Under the pieces are notes generated by a model. That model worked only from the letters and a program-made list of their open reading frames with translations, had not been told where the DNA came from and did no database searches. The translations under genes were made by a program, and so were the position numbers. Of a DNA stretch of 64,000 bases, positions 9,201-17,280 are shown piece by piece. Position 1 is the stretch's first letter; every line of letters begins with the position of its first letter. Source of the stretch: Candidatus Aminicenantales bacterium (lineage in GTDB: Bacteria; Acidobacteriota; Aminicenantia; Aminicenantales; UBA4085); assembly GCA_049515535.1 (NCBI GenBank), contig JBEKTZ010000005.1, forward strand, positions 124,001-188,000, in the 5' to 3' direction.

Positions 9201-10745
9201 ATGAAAGAAAAAGCCATCGCCGTCTTGCCGCTCTTTCTTTTTTTAGCGTCTTCTTTTCTCCCGGCCCAAGGCCTGCGCAAGGCCGTCTGGGCCGGGCAGT
9301 TTTATGACGGAGACCGGGCCGCGCTCTCCGCGCAAATCGACGGGTTTCTCGCGGCCGCGAAACCCGACGCCTCTCCGCCGGGCAAGATCCAGGTTTTGAT
9401 CGTGCCCCATGCCGGCTATGCGTATTCCGGAAGAACGGCGGGCGCGGCCTATCGCCTCGTCCAGGGAATGGACGTCGCGACCGTGGTCATCCTCGGGCCA
9501 TCGCACCGCGTCGGCTTCGAAGGATGCTCGATCTATCCCGAGGGCGGATTCGAAACGCCGCTCGGCATCGCCGAGGTCGACAAGACCGCGGCCCAGGCCA
9601 TCGCCAAGGCGTCGGGATTCGGCTTCCTGGCCGAAGCGCACGCCGAAGAGCACTCCATCGAAGTCCAGGTTCCCTTCATCCAAAAAGTCCTGCCCGGGGC
9701 CAGGATCGTCCCCATCGTCATGGGCTTCCCGTCCGAACAAAACATCCGGATGCTGGCCGGAGCGTTGGCCAAAGTCCTCAAGGACAAAAAAGCGATCGTC
9801 ATCGCCTCGACCGACATGTCGCATTTCCTGAACCGGAAAGAGGCGAACGCGCTGGATAAAAGCACCATGGACCTGGTTGAAAATCAAACGATCCCCGCGC
9901 TGCTGAGGAAGATCGAGCGGAACGAGAACATCCTCTGCGGCGGTGAGGCGGTCGTGACGGCGCTTCTCTACGCCCAAAAAATGGGCGAGTCCCGAGTGAC
10001 CGTCCTCCGCTACGCGGACTCGACCGAGGGCGGCACGCCGGACGACCGTGTCGTCGGCTATTTCTCGGCGGTCGTGACGACCCGGGCCGCCGCTCCTTCG
10101 CGCACGGCCGGGGCGGGCGCTCGAAATCCCGCCCCCGGATATAGCGGTCAGGAAGCCGGGGGCGGGCCGCGGGCCGTCCCTTCGGAGGACGAGGGAGAGC
10201 AGTCCGGATTCTCGCTGTCGGCGGACGAAAAGAAAGAGCTGCTGCGCCTCGCCCGGCAGACCGTCGAACGATACGTCCGGGAAAAGAAAGTCCCGGAATA
10301 CGACACCTCGAACCCGAATTTCCTGTCCGAAAGAGGCGCCTTCGTCACGCTCAAGAAGAAGGGCGAGCTGCGGGGATGCATCGGCTACATCGAACCCGTC
10401 TCCCCGTTGTTCCGGGCCGTCATCCAGTGCGCCGTTTATGCCGCGACCGAAGACCCGCGGTTCGATCCGGTCGCGCCGGCCGAGCTCAAAGATCTGGAAT
10501 ACGAGATATCCGTTCTCACTCCTCTAATAAAAATCGAAGATCCCAAAACGGTCCAAGTCGGAAAGCACGGCCTGGTCATGGCCATGGGCGGCCGGCGCGG
10601 TGTGCTCCTGCCTCAGGTTCCCGTCGAAAACGGTTGGGGCCGCGAAGAATTTCTGGCCCAAGCCTGTCTCAAGGCCGGCCTTCCCTCCGACTCCTGGAAG
10701 AAAGGCGCGGAGATTTACACCTTCGAGGCGATCGTCTTTCATTGA
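9201..10745 (+). CDS. amrB: MEMO1 (AmmeMemoRadiSam protein B)-AMMECR1 (protein A) fusion with N-terminal signal peptide
   Basis: AGQFY, PHAGYAYSG, GPSH, EHSIEVQ, STDMSH, VVGY (MEMO1), then GAFVTL..LRGCIG, DPRF, EISVL, LLPQV (AMMECR1); GAGGT RBS. Confidence 0.9.
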   Translation: MKEKAIAVLPLFLFLASSFLPAQGLRKAVWAGQFYDGDRAALSAQIDGFLAAAKPDASPPGKIQVLIVPHAGYAYSGRTAGAAYRLVQGMDVATVVILGPSHRVGFEGCSIYPEGGFETPLGIAEVDKTAAQAIAKASGFGFLAEAHAEEHSIEVQVPFIQKVLPGARIVPIVMGFPSEQNIRMLAGALAKVLKDKKAIVIASTDMSHFLNRKEANALDKSTMDLVENQTIPALLRKIERNENILCGGEAVVTALLYAQKMGESRVTVLRYADSTEGGTPDDRVVGYFSAVVTTRAAAPSRTAGAGARNPAPGYSGQEAGGGPRAVPSEDEGEQSGFSLSADEKKELLRLARQTVERYVREKKVPEYDTSNPNFLSERGAFVTLKKKGELRGCIGYIEPVSPLFRAVIQCAVYAATEDPRFDPVAPAELKDLEYEISVLTPLIKIEDPKTVQVGKHGLVMAMGGRRGVLLPQVPVENGWGREEFLAQACLKAGLPSDSWKKGAEIYTFEAIVFH

Positions 10746-10829
10746 TATAAGCGAAGGGCAAAAAGTCCTCCGTTTTATTGGGCCTAATCGAGGGATATGA
10801 TATAATGATGTCCTTCAAAGGACGAAAAT

Positions 10830-11147
10830 ATGCCGATTCACGAATACGTTTGCGAAAGCTGCAAGAAACGCTTCGAGAAGCTGCAGAAAATCTCGGATAA
10901 GCCCTGCAAAAAATGTCCCGCCTGCGGCGGATCTGTCCGGAAACTCATTTCCTCCCCGGCCATCCAGTTCAAAGGCAACGGCTTCTACATCACCGACTAC
11001 GCCAAAAAGAACATTCCCGACAAAGAGAGTCGGCCCAAGGACAAGCCGAAAGCGGAAAAATCCGGAGAATCGAAAACGGGCGCCGACGCCGCCGAAACAG
11101 TCTCCTCCAAAAAACCCGGTCCGGATAAACCCACTCCGGATAAATAG
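10830..11147 (+). CDS. FmdB family zinc-ribbon protein
   Basis: MPIHEYVCESC..CPACGG..FKGNGFYITDY. Confidence 0.9.
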   Translation: MPIHEYVCESCKKRFEKLQKISDKPCKKCPACGGSVRKLISSPAIQFKGNGFYITDYAKKNIPDKESRPKDKPKAEKSGESKTGADAAETVSSKKPGPDKPTPDK

Positions 11148-11161
11148 GCGGCCTCCGTGCC

Positions 11162-12169
11162 ATGAAGATCGTCGTCCGCACTCCAAACTGGATCGGGGAC
11201 GTCATCTTCGCCCTCCCGGCCCTTGAAAGCCTCACAGCGAACTATCCCGAGGCCGAAATCCGGCTCGCGGCCGGCGGCCGGGTGAAGGAAATTTTCGAAG
11301 GAGAGGAATTCGCGGGCCGCCTCATTCCTCTGCCGTTGTCGAACACATTCAAGAATTTCCGGGAATCCGCGAAGATCCTGAAAGGAGAGGGATTCGATAT
11401 CGGCCTGCTCCTCGCGAATTCCTTTTCCTCGGCCTTTCTCTTCGCCGCGGCGAAAATCCCGCAAAGATGGGGATATAAAAGGGACGGCCGCGGCCTATTC
11501 CTGACCAAAGGCGTTCATCCGGGGGACGAGGATCCGCCGGTCCATATGGTCCATTATTATCTCCGGCTTCTCGAGGGCCTGGACCTGAAAACGCTGCCGC
11601 CGGAAATACGCATCACCGTCTCAGCCGAAGAAAAAGAAAAAGCGCGCCGGGAACTGGCCGCCGCCGGAGCGGACCCGAAAAAGCCGCTGGTCATCCTCAA
11701 CCCGGGCGCGGCTTACGGACCGGCCAAGCGCTGGCCGGCATCCGGGTTCGCGGAGCTCGCCCGGCTTCTTCAGGAGCGAAAATCCATGGATATCGCGATC
11801 ACCGGCGCTCCGGAAGATGCCGCCCTCGGCGCGGAGATCGCCTCCGGCCTCGCCCGAAAGCCCATCGACCTCGTCGGGAAAACGACGCTGCGCGGGCTTT
11901 TCGGCGTCATCAGCCGGGCCTCGGTTTTTATCACCAACGACACCGGCCCGATGCACATGGCCAATGCCCTGCGCGTCCCCGTCGTCGGGATCTTCGGCCC
12001 GACCGATCCGCGCGTCACCGGGCCGTTCCACCCGCCCGCCACGGTCATCAGAAAAGAGGAGATTCCCTGCCGGCCCTGCTCCTACCGGCAATGCCCCTAT
12101 GACCACCGTTGTCTGCGGCGCATCCCGGCCGAAGAGGTCTACGACGCGGCAGCGGCCTATCTTCCATGA
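11162..12169 (+). CDS. waaF: Lipopolysaccharide heptosyltransferase II (GT9)
   Basis: PNWIGD, NPGAAYGPAKRWP, TNDTGPMHMA, FGPT. Confidence 0.9.
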   Translation: MKIVVRTPNWIGDVIFALPALESLTANYPEAEIRLAAGGRVKEIFEGEEFAGRLIPLPLSNTFKNFRESAKILKGEGFDIGLLLANSFSSAFLFAAAKIPQRWGYKRDGRGLFLTKGVHPGDEDPPVHMVHYYLRLLEGLDLKTLPPEIRITVSAEEKEKARRELAAAGADPKKPLVILNPGAAYGPAKRWPASGFAELARLLQERKSMDIAITGAPEDAALGAEIASGLARKPIDLVGKTTLRGLFGVISRASVFITNDTGPMHMANALRVPVVGIFGPTDPRVTGPFHPPATVIRKEEIPCRPCSYRQCPYDHRCLRRIPAEEVYDAAAAYLP

Positions 12170-12750
12170 AAAAACGAGCCGTCTTTCTCGACCGCGACGG
12201 GACGATCAATGCCGACGTCGGCTACCCGGGCGAGTACGGCCAGATCAAAATCTATCCCTACAGCTTCCAGGCCCTCCGCAAGATCAACGCCGCGGGATTC
12301 CTGATGGTCGTCGTGACGAACCAGTCGGGGGTCGGCCGCGGCTTTTTCACCGAGGCCGCGCTTGCGGATATCCATCGAAGGATGATCGCCGAATTCGCCG
12401 CCCGCGGAGTCCGCGTGGACGCGGTCTATTACTGCCCCCACTATGACCTTTCTGACGACCCCCGCTACCGGCTGGACTGCCCCTGCCGCAAACCCAAGCC
12501 GGAGATGGGCCGCCGGGCCGCCGCCGATCTCGACATCGATCTTTCGCGCTCGTACATGATCGGCGACAAGGTCGAAGACGTCCAGTTCGGCCTGAATATC
12601 GGAGCGACGCCGGTCCTCGTCCGGACGGGATTCGGCCCCTCGGCCGAAAAAAAACTTCAGGACGCAGGCGTCCGTCCCGCCGCCGTCAAGGACGATCTCC
12701 TCGAGGCCGTGAACTGGATCATGGCCCGCGAGGCCGAGATGGTCAAATGA
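12166..12750 (+). CDS. gmhB: D-glycero-D-manno-heptose 1,7-bisphosphate phosphatase (HAD)
   Basis: FLDRDGTIN, VTNQSG, YYCPH, CRKPKP, MIGD. Confidence 0.9.
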   Translation: MKKRAVFLDRDGTINADVGYPGEYGQIKIYPYSFQALRKINAAGFLMVVVTNQSGVGRGFFTEAALADIHRRMIAEFAARGVRVDAVYYCPHYDLSDDPRYRLDCPCRKPKPEMGRRAAADLDIDLSRSYMIGDKVEDVQFGLNIGATPVLVRTGFGPSAEKKLQDAGVRPAAVKDDLLEAVNWIMAREAEMVK

Positions 12751-14876
12751 TCCGCTTCGACGATATCCTGGAAAAGATCTCGCCGCGATTCGGCGATAAA
12801 GACATCGCGGTCCTCCAGAAGGCCTATGTCTTTTCGGCGAAGGCCCATAAAGGCCAGGTTCGCCGCTCGGGAGAACCCTATCTCAGCCATCCTCTCGAAG
12901 TCGCCAAGCGGCTCGCCGACATGAACCTCGACCGGACGACGCTCGTTGCCGGGCTTCTCCATGACGTCCTGGAAGACACCGACGTCACGGCGGCCGAACT
13001 TAAGGAAACCTTCGGGAAGGACGTCGCCGGGCTCGTCGAGGGCGTGACGAAGATCAGCCGCGTTCAGGAGGCCTCGCCCGAGGCCCGCCAGGCCGAAACC
13101 GTCCGGAAGATCATCCTGGCCATGACCGACGATATCCGGGTCATCTTCATCAAGCTTGCCGACCGGCTGCACAATCTCCAGACGCTCAAATTCCTCTCCG
13201 AAGACAAACAGAAACAGATCGCCTCCGAGACTCTCGAGATCTACGCTCCGATCGCCAACCGGCTCGGGATGGGGCGCGTCAAATCCGAGCTCGAGGATCT
13301 CGCCTTCCGCTACGTCGAGCCCGAAGAGTATTTCCGGATCGCGTCGCTCGTCGAACCGCGCCGGAAACCGGCCGAGGCCGAGCTCAAAAAATTCCGCCGG
13401 ACGCTCGAGGCCCTCATGAAGACGAACGGCATTCCCGCCGAGATTCATTTCCGGCTCAAGCGCCCTTACAGCATCTATCGAAAATTGAGGGCCCAGCGGA
13501 TCGAATTCAACCAGGTGTACGACTTCATGGCCCTGCGGATCATCACCGACACGGTCAAGAATTGTTACGCCGCGCTCGGCATCATCCACCAGAAATGGCC
13601 GCCCATCCTCCCCCGCTTCCGCGATTTCATCGCCATGCCCAAGCCGAATCTCTACCAGGCCCTTCATACGACGATCATCACCGAAAAAAAGCTGAGTTTC
13701 GAGATCCAGATCCGGACGCGGGAAATGCACAACCTCGCCGAAAACGGGATCGCCGCGCACTGGAAATACAAAGACGAGGACCCGCGGAGCTTCATCCGGG
13801 AAGACCGGCGTCTGCAGTGGCTCCGGGAAATGGTCGAGCTTTTCCAAGACCATAAGAACCCCCAGGAATTTCTCAAGCACCTTAAAATCAACCTGATCCC
13901 CGAAGAGGTCTATGTCTTCACGCCCAAAGGACGCGTCGTTTCGCTCCCGAGCGGCGCTTCAGCCTTGGATTTCGCCTTCCGCATCCATACGGAAATCGGG
14001 CTTCACAGCATCCAAGCGAAGATCAACGGCAAAGGCTCTCCTTTGAAAACGCTTCTCAAGACGGGGGATATTATCGAGATCATCACCTCTCCCAACAAGC
14101 TCCCGTCGCGGAGCTGGCTGAATATCGCTTTCACGTCCGCCGCCCGGCATCAGCTCAAACGGTGGTTGAACTTGCGGGAGAAGGGAAAAAGCGTCTCTCT
14201 CGGGAAAAAATTGTGGAATAAAGAGATCGGGAAAAACAACCCTCCTCCCGGATTTCCAAGGGGAGAAGCGTTGGTCGAGCGCCTCCGGCAGGCCTACGGG
14301 CTCAAGATCGCCTCGCTCGAGGACTTCTACGCGCTGGCCGGACTCGGGAAAGTCGTCATCGACCGGAAATTCATGGAAAAAATTTCTCCGCTGGGTCTCA
14401 GGCCCGGCAAAAAAGCGAAAGAGGCCCGGCTGGCCATGCCCGAGATCCCGGTGAAAGCCAAGGGCGGCGAGCTCGTCCGGCTGGCCAAATGTTGTTCGCC
14501 CATCAAGGGCGAGCCGATCATTGGCTATATCACGGCGGGAAAAGGCGTCACCGCCCACACGCTCCGCTGTCCGCTGGTGATCAAAGAGGTCCTCTCGCCG
14601 CACCGCATGGTCGAGGTCTCCTGGGGAAAAGTGGTTCAGGCGGATTTCAAAGCCGGGCTCATCTTTCGTTCCGCGGACAAACCCGGATTGTTGGCCGAGG
14701 CGGCCACCGCCATCTCCAAGCTGGGCGGAAACATCACCAAGGCCGAGGTCGAAACGTTCCCGGACGCCAAGGCGCAAATCAAGTTCAACCTGATCATCCG
14801 GGACATCGAACACCTCGAAGCCGTCATGAAAGACTTGTCCGCTATCAAGGACGTCCTTTCCGTGGAGAGAATCTAG
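12747..14876 (+). CDS. relA: Bifunctional (p)ppGpp synthetase/hydrolase (RelA/SpoT family)
   Basis: HD domain LLHDVLEDT, IKLADRLHN, YQALHTT, EIQIRT, TGS (FTPKG..DFAFRIH), C-terminal ACT. Confidence 0.95.
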   Translation: MIRFDDILEKISPRFGDKDIAVLQKAYVFSAKAHKGQVRRSGEPYLSHPLEVAKRLADMNLDRTTLVAGLLHDVLEDTDVTAAELKETFGKDVAGLVEGVTKISRVQEASPEARQAETVRKIILAMTDDIRVIFIKLADRLHNLQTLKFLSEDKQKQIASETLEIYAPIANRLGMGRVKSELEDLAFRYVEPEEYFRIASLVEPRRKPAEAELKKFRRTLEALMKTNGIPAEIHFRLKRPYSIYRKLRAQRIEFNQVYDFMALRIITDTVKNCYAALGIIHQKWPPILPRFRDFIAMPKPNLYQALHTTIITEKKLSFEIQIRTREMHNLAENGIAAHWKYKDEDPRSFIREDRRLQWLREMVELFQDHKNPQEFLKHLKINLIPEEVYVFTPKGRVVSLPSGASALDFAFRIHTEIGLHSIQAKINGKGSPLKTLLKTGDIIEIITSPNKLPSRSWLNIAFTSAARHQLKRWLNLREKGKSVSLGKKLWNKEIGKNNPPPGFPRGEALVERLRQAYGLKIASLEDFYALAGLGKVVIDRKFMEKISPLGLRPGKKAKEARLAMPEIPVKAKGGELVRLAKCCSPIKGEPIIGYITAGKGVTAHTLRCPLVIKEVLSPHRMVEVSWGKVVQADFKAGLIFRSADKPGLLAEAATAISKLGGNITKAEVETFPDAKAQIKFNLIIRDIEHLEAVMKDLSAIKDVLSVERI

Positions 14877-14883
14877 GCGAGGA

Positions 14884-15075
14884 TCAGCGGGCCTTCTGGA
14901 CCTTGCCGGACCGCAGGCATCGCGTGCAAACCCAGATTTGTCTCGGGCCCTTGGAGGTCTGGGCTTTGACGTGCTGAAGATTGGGTTTCCATTTCTTCGC
15001 CGAAGCCTTGTGGGAATGGCTGACGTTGTGTCCGAAGACGGGAGCTTTCTTGCAAATTTCACATATTTTTGGCAT
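14884..15075 (-). CDS. rpmB: 50S ribosomal protein L28
   Basis: CEIC..GHNVSHSH..WKPNLQ..VCTRCLRS. Confidence 0.95.
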   Translation of the reverse strand: MPKICEICKKAPVFGHNVSHSHKASAKKWKPNLQHVKAQTSKGPRQIWVCTRCLRSGKVQKAR

Positions 15076-15132
15076 CGTCGTTTTCTTTTTAAGGTGCTTT
15101 TATAGCATAAAATGGGGGCGGCCGCAATAGAT

Positions 15133-16050
15133 TTATAATCGATGGCGGCCCTTGAACGCTTCCAGCGTGTTTTTCATGAGCATGGCGATGGTCAAGGGCC
15201 CCACGCCGCCCGGTGAAGGGGTCAGCCAGCCGGCCTTATCGATGACGCGGGGCTGGACATCTCCGACCCACGTGTAGCCTTTGTCCTGGATCTCTTTCTC
15301 GCGCTTGGGATCGCTGCCGAAGAGCTCCCGAACCACGGCGGCATCGCTGACGGCATTGCTGCCCACGTCGATGACCAGCGCGCCTTCCTTGACGAAATCG
15401 GGCCCGACGAAACCCGGCTTGCCCATGGCCGCGATGAGAATGTCGGCCCGGGCCGCGACCTGGGCCAGGTTCTTGGTCTTGCTATGGCAGATCGTGACCG
15501 TGCCGTTCTCGTTGGTCAGCATGGTCGCCAGCGGTTTGCCGACGATGAGGCTCCGCCCGATGACCACGACATCCTTGCCTTCGATTCTCTCGCCCGTGGA
15601 TTTAATGAGCTCAAGCACGCCGAGCGGGGTACAGGCCCTCAGGCCGGGCAGGTTCTGGAGGAGAAGGCCCAGGCTGAAGGGGTGGATGCCGTCGACGTCT
15701 TTATCGGGACGGATCCAGGAAATGACCTCATGCGTATCGAAACCCTTGGGAAGCGGCAGCTGGACGAGGATGGCGTCCACCATGCCGTCGCCATTTATCT
15801 CTTCGATCCTGGCCTTCAATTCGTCCCGCGTCGTCATCGCCGGCATATAAAGAATCCGGCCGTAGAGCCCCAGAGTCTGGCAGGCTTTCTCCTTCATCCG
15901 GAGATAGCTCTGGGACGCGGCGTTTTCGCCGACCAGGACCCCGACGAGTCCCGGGACTTTCCCGAGCGTCTGGCGGAAGTGCGCGACCTCGGCCTTGACC
16001 TGCTCCCGGATCTTGTCCGCCACGGGTTTCCCTTCGAGCCAAACGCCCAT
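15133..16050 (-). CDS. folD: Methylenetetrahydrofolate dehydrogenase/cyclohydrolase
   Basis: LVQLPLP, KDVDG, CTPLG, GRSLIVGKP, PGGVGPLT; GAGGAGG RBS at the true start 16050. Confidence 0.95.
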   Translation of the reverse strand: MGVWLEGKPVADKIREQVKAEVAHFRQTLGKVPGLVGVLVGENAASQSYLRMKEKACQTLGLYGRILYMPAMTTRDELKARIEEINGDGMVDAILVQLPLPKGFDTHEVISWIRPDKDVDGIHPFSLGLLLQNLPGLRACTPLGVLELIKSTGERIEGKDVVVIGRSLIVGKPLATMLTNENGTVTICHSKTKNLAQVAARADILIAAMGKPGFVGPDFVKEGALVIDVGSNAVSDAAVVRELFGSDPKREKEIQDKGYTWVGDVQPRVIDKAGWLTPSPGGVGPLTIAMLMKNTLEAFKGRHRL

Positions 16051-16081
16051 GTCGCCCTCCTCGTTGATAATAGAAAGCTCA

Positions 16082-16110
16082 TTATAGCGGGGCCGGATCG
16101 AGATGACAAG
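16082..16110 (-). promoter_or_regulatory. Sigma70-type promoter for folD
   Basis: TTGTCA-17 nt-TATAAT. Confidence 0.65.
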
Positions 16111-16237
16111 GCGGCAAAAATGGCCGGCGCGGGCCGTCTTGGCCCCGGCGGATCCGGCCCTTTTTGGCATGAAGCTTGCTCCTTCCTTCGTCCTTGACGA
16201 AAAATCGCAAAAAGGTTACTTTTATTTAAAAAGTGCC

Positions 16238-16609
16238 ATGCGCAAAAAGTTCTTCGTCGCGCTGATCCTCATCGGCCTCTCCGCCGCCCTTCACTACGGG
16301 TGCGCTTCGTCCCGCTCCGGCAGCGAAGTCCAGTTCGGCCTGTGGGCATCCGAGAAAAACCTCTGGGACGAGGCGATCTTCCGCTGGAAAAAAGCCATCG
16401 AAGCCGACCCGAAATCGGTCGCGGCCCACAATAACCTCGCCGTCGCCTATGAACAAAAAGGCCTTCCCGGGGAGGCGCTCAAGGAATACGAACTGGCGCT
16501 GAAGATCGACCCGGGGAATTCGTTTGTAAAGTCCAATTACAAAAACTGTCAAGAAAATATCCAGCCGCCCCAAAAAGACGCGGCCGCCGTAAAAAATGAG
16601 AAAAAATAG
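16238..16609 (+). CDS. TPR-repeat lipoprotein
   Basis: Signal peptide ending in Cys (YGC); TPR helices WDEAIFRWKKAI..AHNNLAVAYEQ..ALKEYELALKIDP; TTGACG-17-TACTTT promoter at 16194-16222. Confidence 0.8.
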   Translation: MRKKFFVALILIGLSAALHYGCASSRSGSEVQFGLWASEKNLWDEAIFRWKKAIEADPKSVAAHNNLAVAYEQKGLPGEALKEYELALKIDPGNSFVKSNYKNCQENIQPPQKDAAAVKNEKK

Positions 16610-17270
16610 GGCTGCCATGGTCCTCGCGGCGTTCACCGTGCTCGCCGGGTACACCGCGGCCTGCGCGGTCGAGCCTTCAGTCAAAACGAGAGTCGAAATT
16701 CCCGGGACTGCGGCCTTCAAATGGGACGCCTACAAGGAGATCGTTCTGACCAATTTCTGGCAGGAGAAAGAAGTCAAGGATTTCGACCTCAACAAAGCCC
16801 TGATCGAATACCTGCGGAACGAGATCGCGCCCCAATTCAAAGGGAAGCTGTCCTCCGCGACGATCGCCTGGGACACGGCGGAAATGCTCAATAATAAGGA
16901 GGCCTGGAAACAGGTCGTTCCACAGGCGCAGGATCGGATCATCTTGACGGGAAAAGCCCAGTTCACCCAGGATCTCCGGAAGGCGCTTCTCGCCAAAGAC
17001 CGCCGGGCCATCGACGACGGCCCGTTCGCGCCGGAGAAAGCCTGGGCCGAGCGCGTGGCTTTCACGTTCAAGATCGAATTCTATCTGATCAATCCGGAGA
17101 GCGGCGAAATCCTTCTCCGCAAGGACTTTCTGGAAGCGCAGGACTATGAGAATTCAAAAGAGCCCGCGGAGTTCGCCTTCTCCGACCTCATGCAAAAAAT
17201 CAAGCTGAAGCTTTTCCGCCTTTTCTTCGGGTCCGAGAAAAGCCAGGAACGATACCTCCTGAGGAGATAA
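16596..17270 (+). CDS. Hypothetical lipoprotein
   Basis: Signal peptide ending TAAC; overlaps the upstream gene; normal codon usage. Confidence 0.7.
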   Translation: MRKNRAAMVLAAFTVLAGYTAACAVEPSVKTRVEIPGTAAFKWDAYKEIVLTNFWQEKEVKDFDLNKALIEYLRNEIAPQFKGKLSSATIAWDTAEMLNNKEAWKQVVPQAQDRIILTGKAQFTQDLRKALLAKDRRAIDDGPFAPEKAWAERVAFTFKIEFYLINPESGEILLRKDFLEAQDYENSKEPAEFAFSDLMQKIKLKLFRLFFGSEKSQERYLLRR

Positions 17271-17280
17271 AAGGGGCGCC

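Noticed and set aside
11112..11144. 15-bp near-tandem repeat in the FmdB tail (KPGPD KPTPD K)
   Set aside because: Ordinary low-complexity tail duplication.
16051..16190. Possible ZTP/THF riboswitch upstream of folD (GGGCCGGATC inverted repeat)
   Set aside because: The promoter lies about 30 nt from the start codon, leaving no room, and no aptamer consensus is seen.
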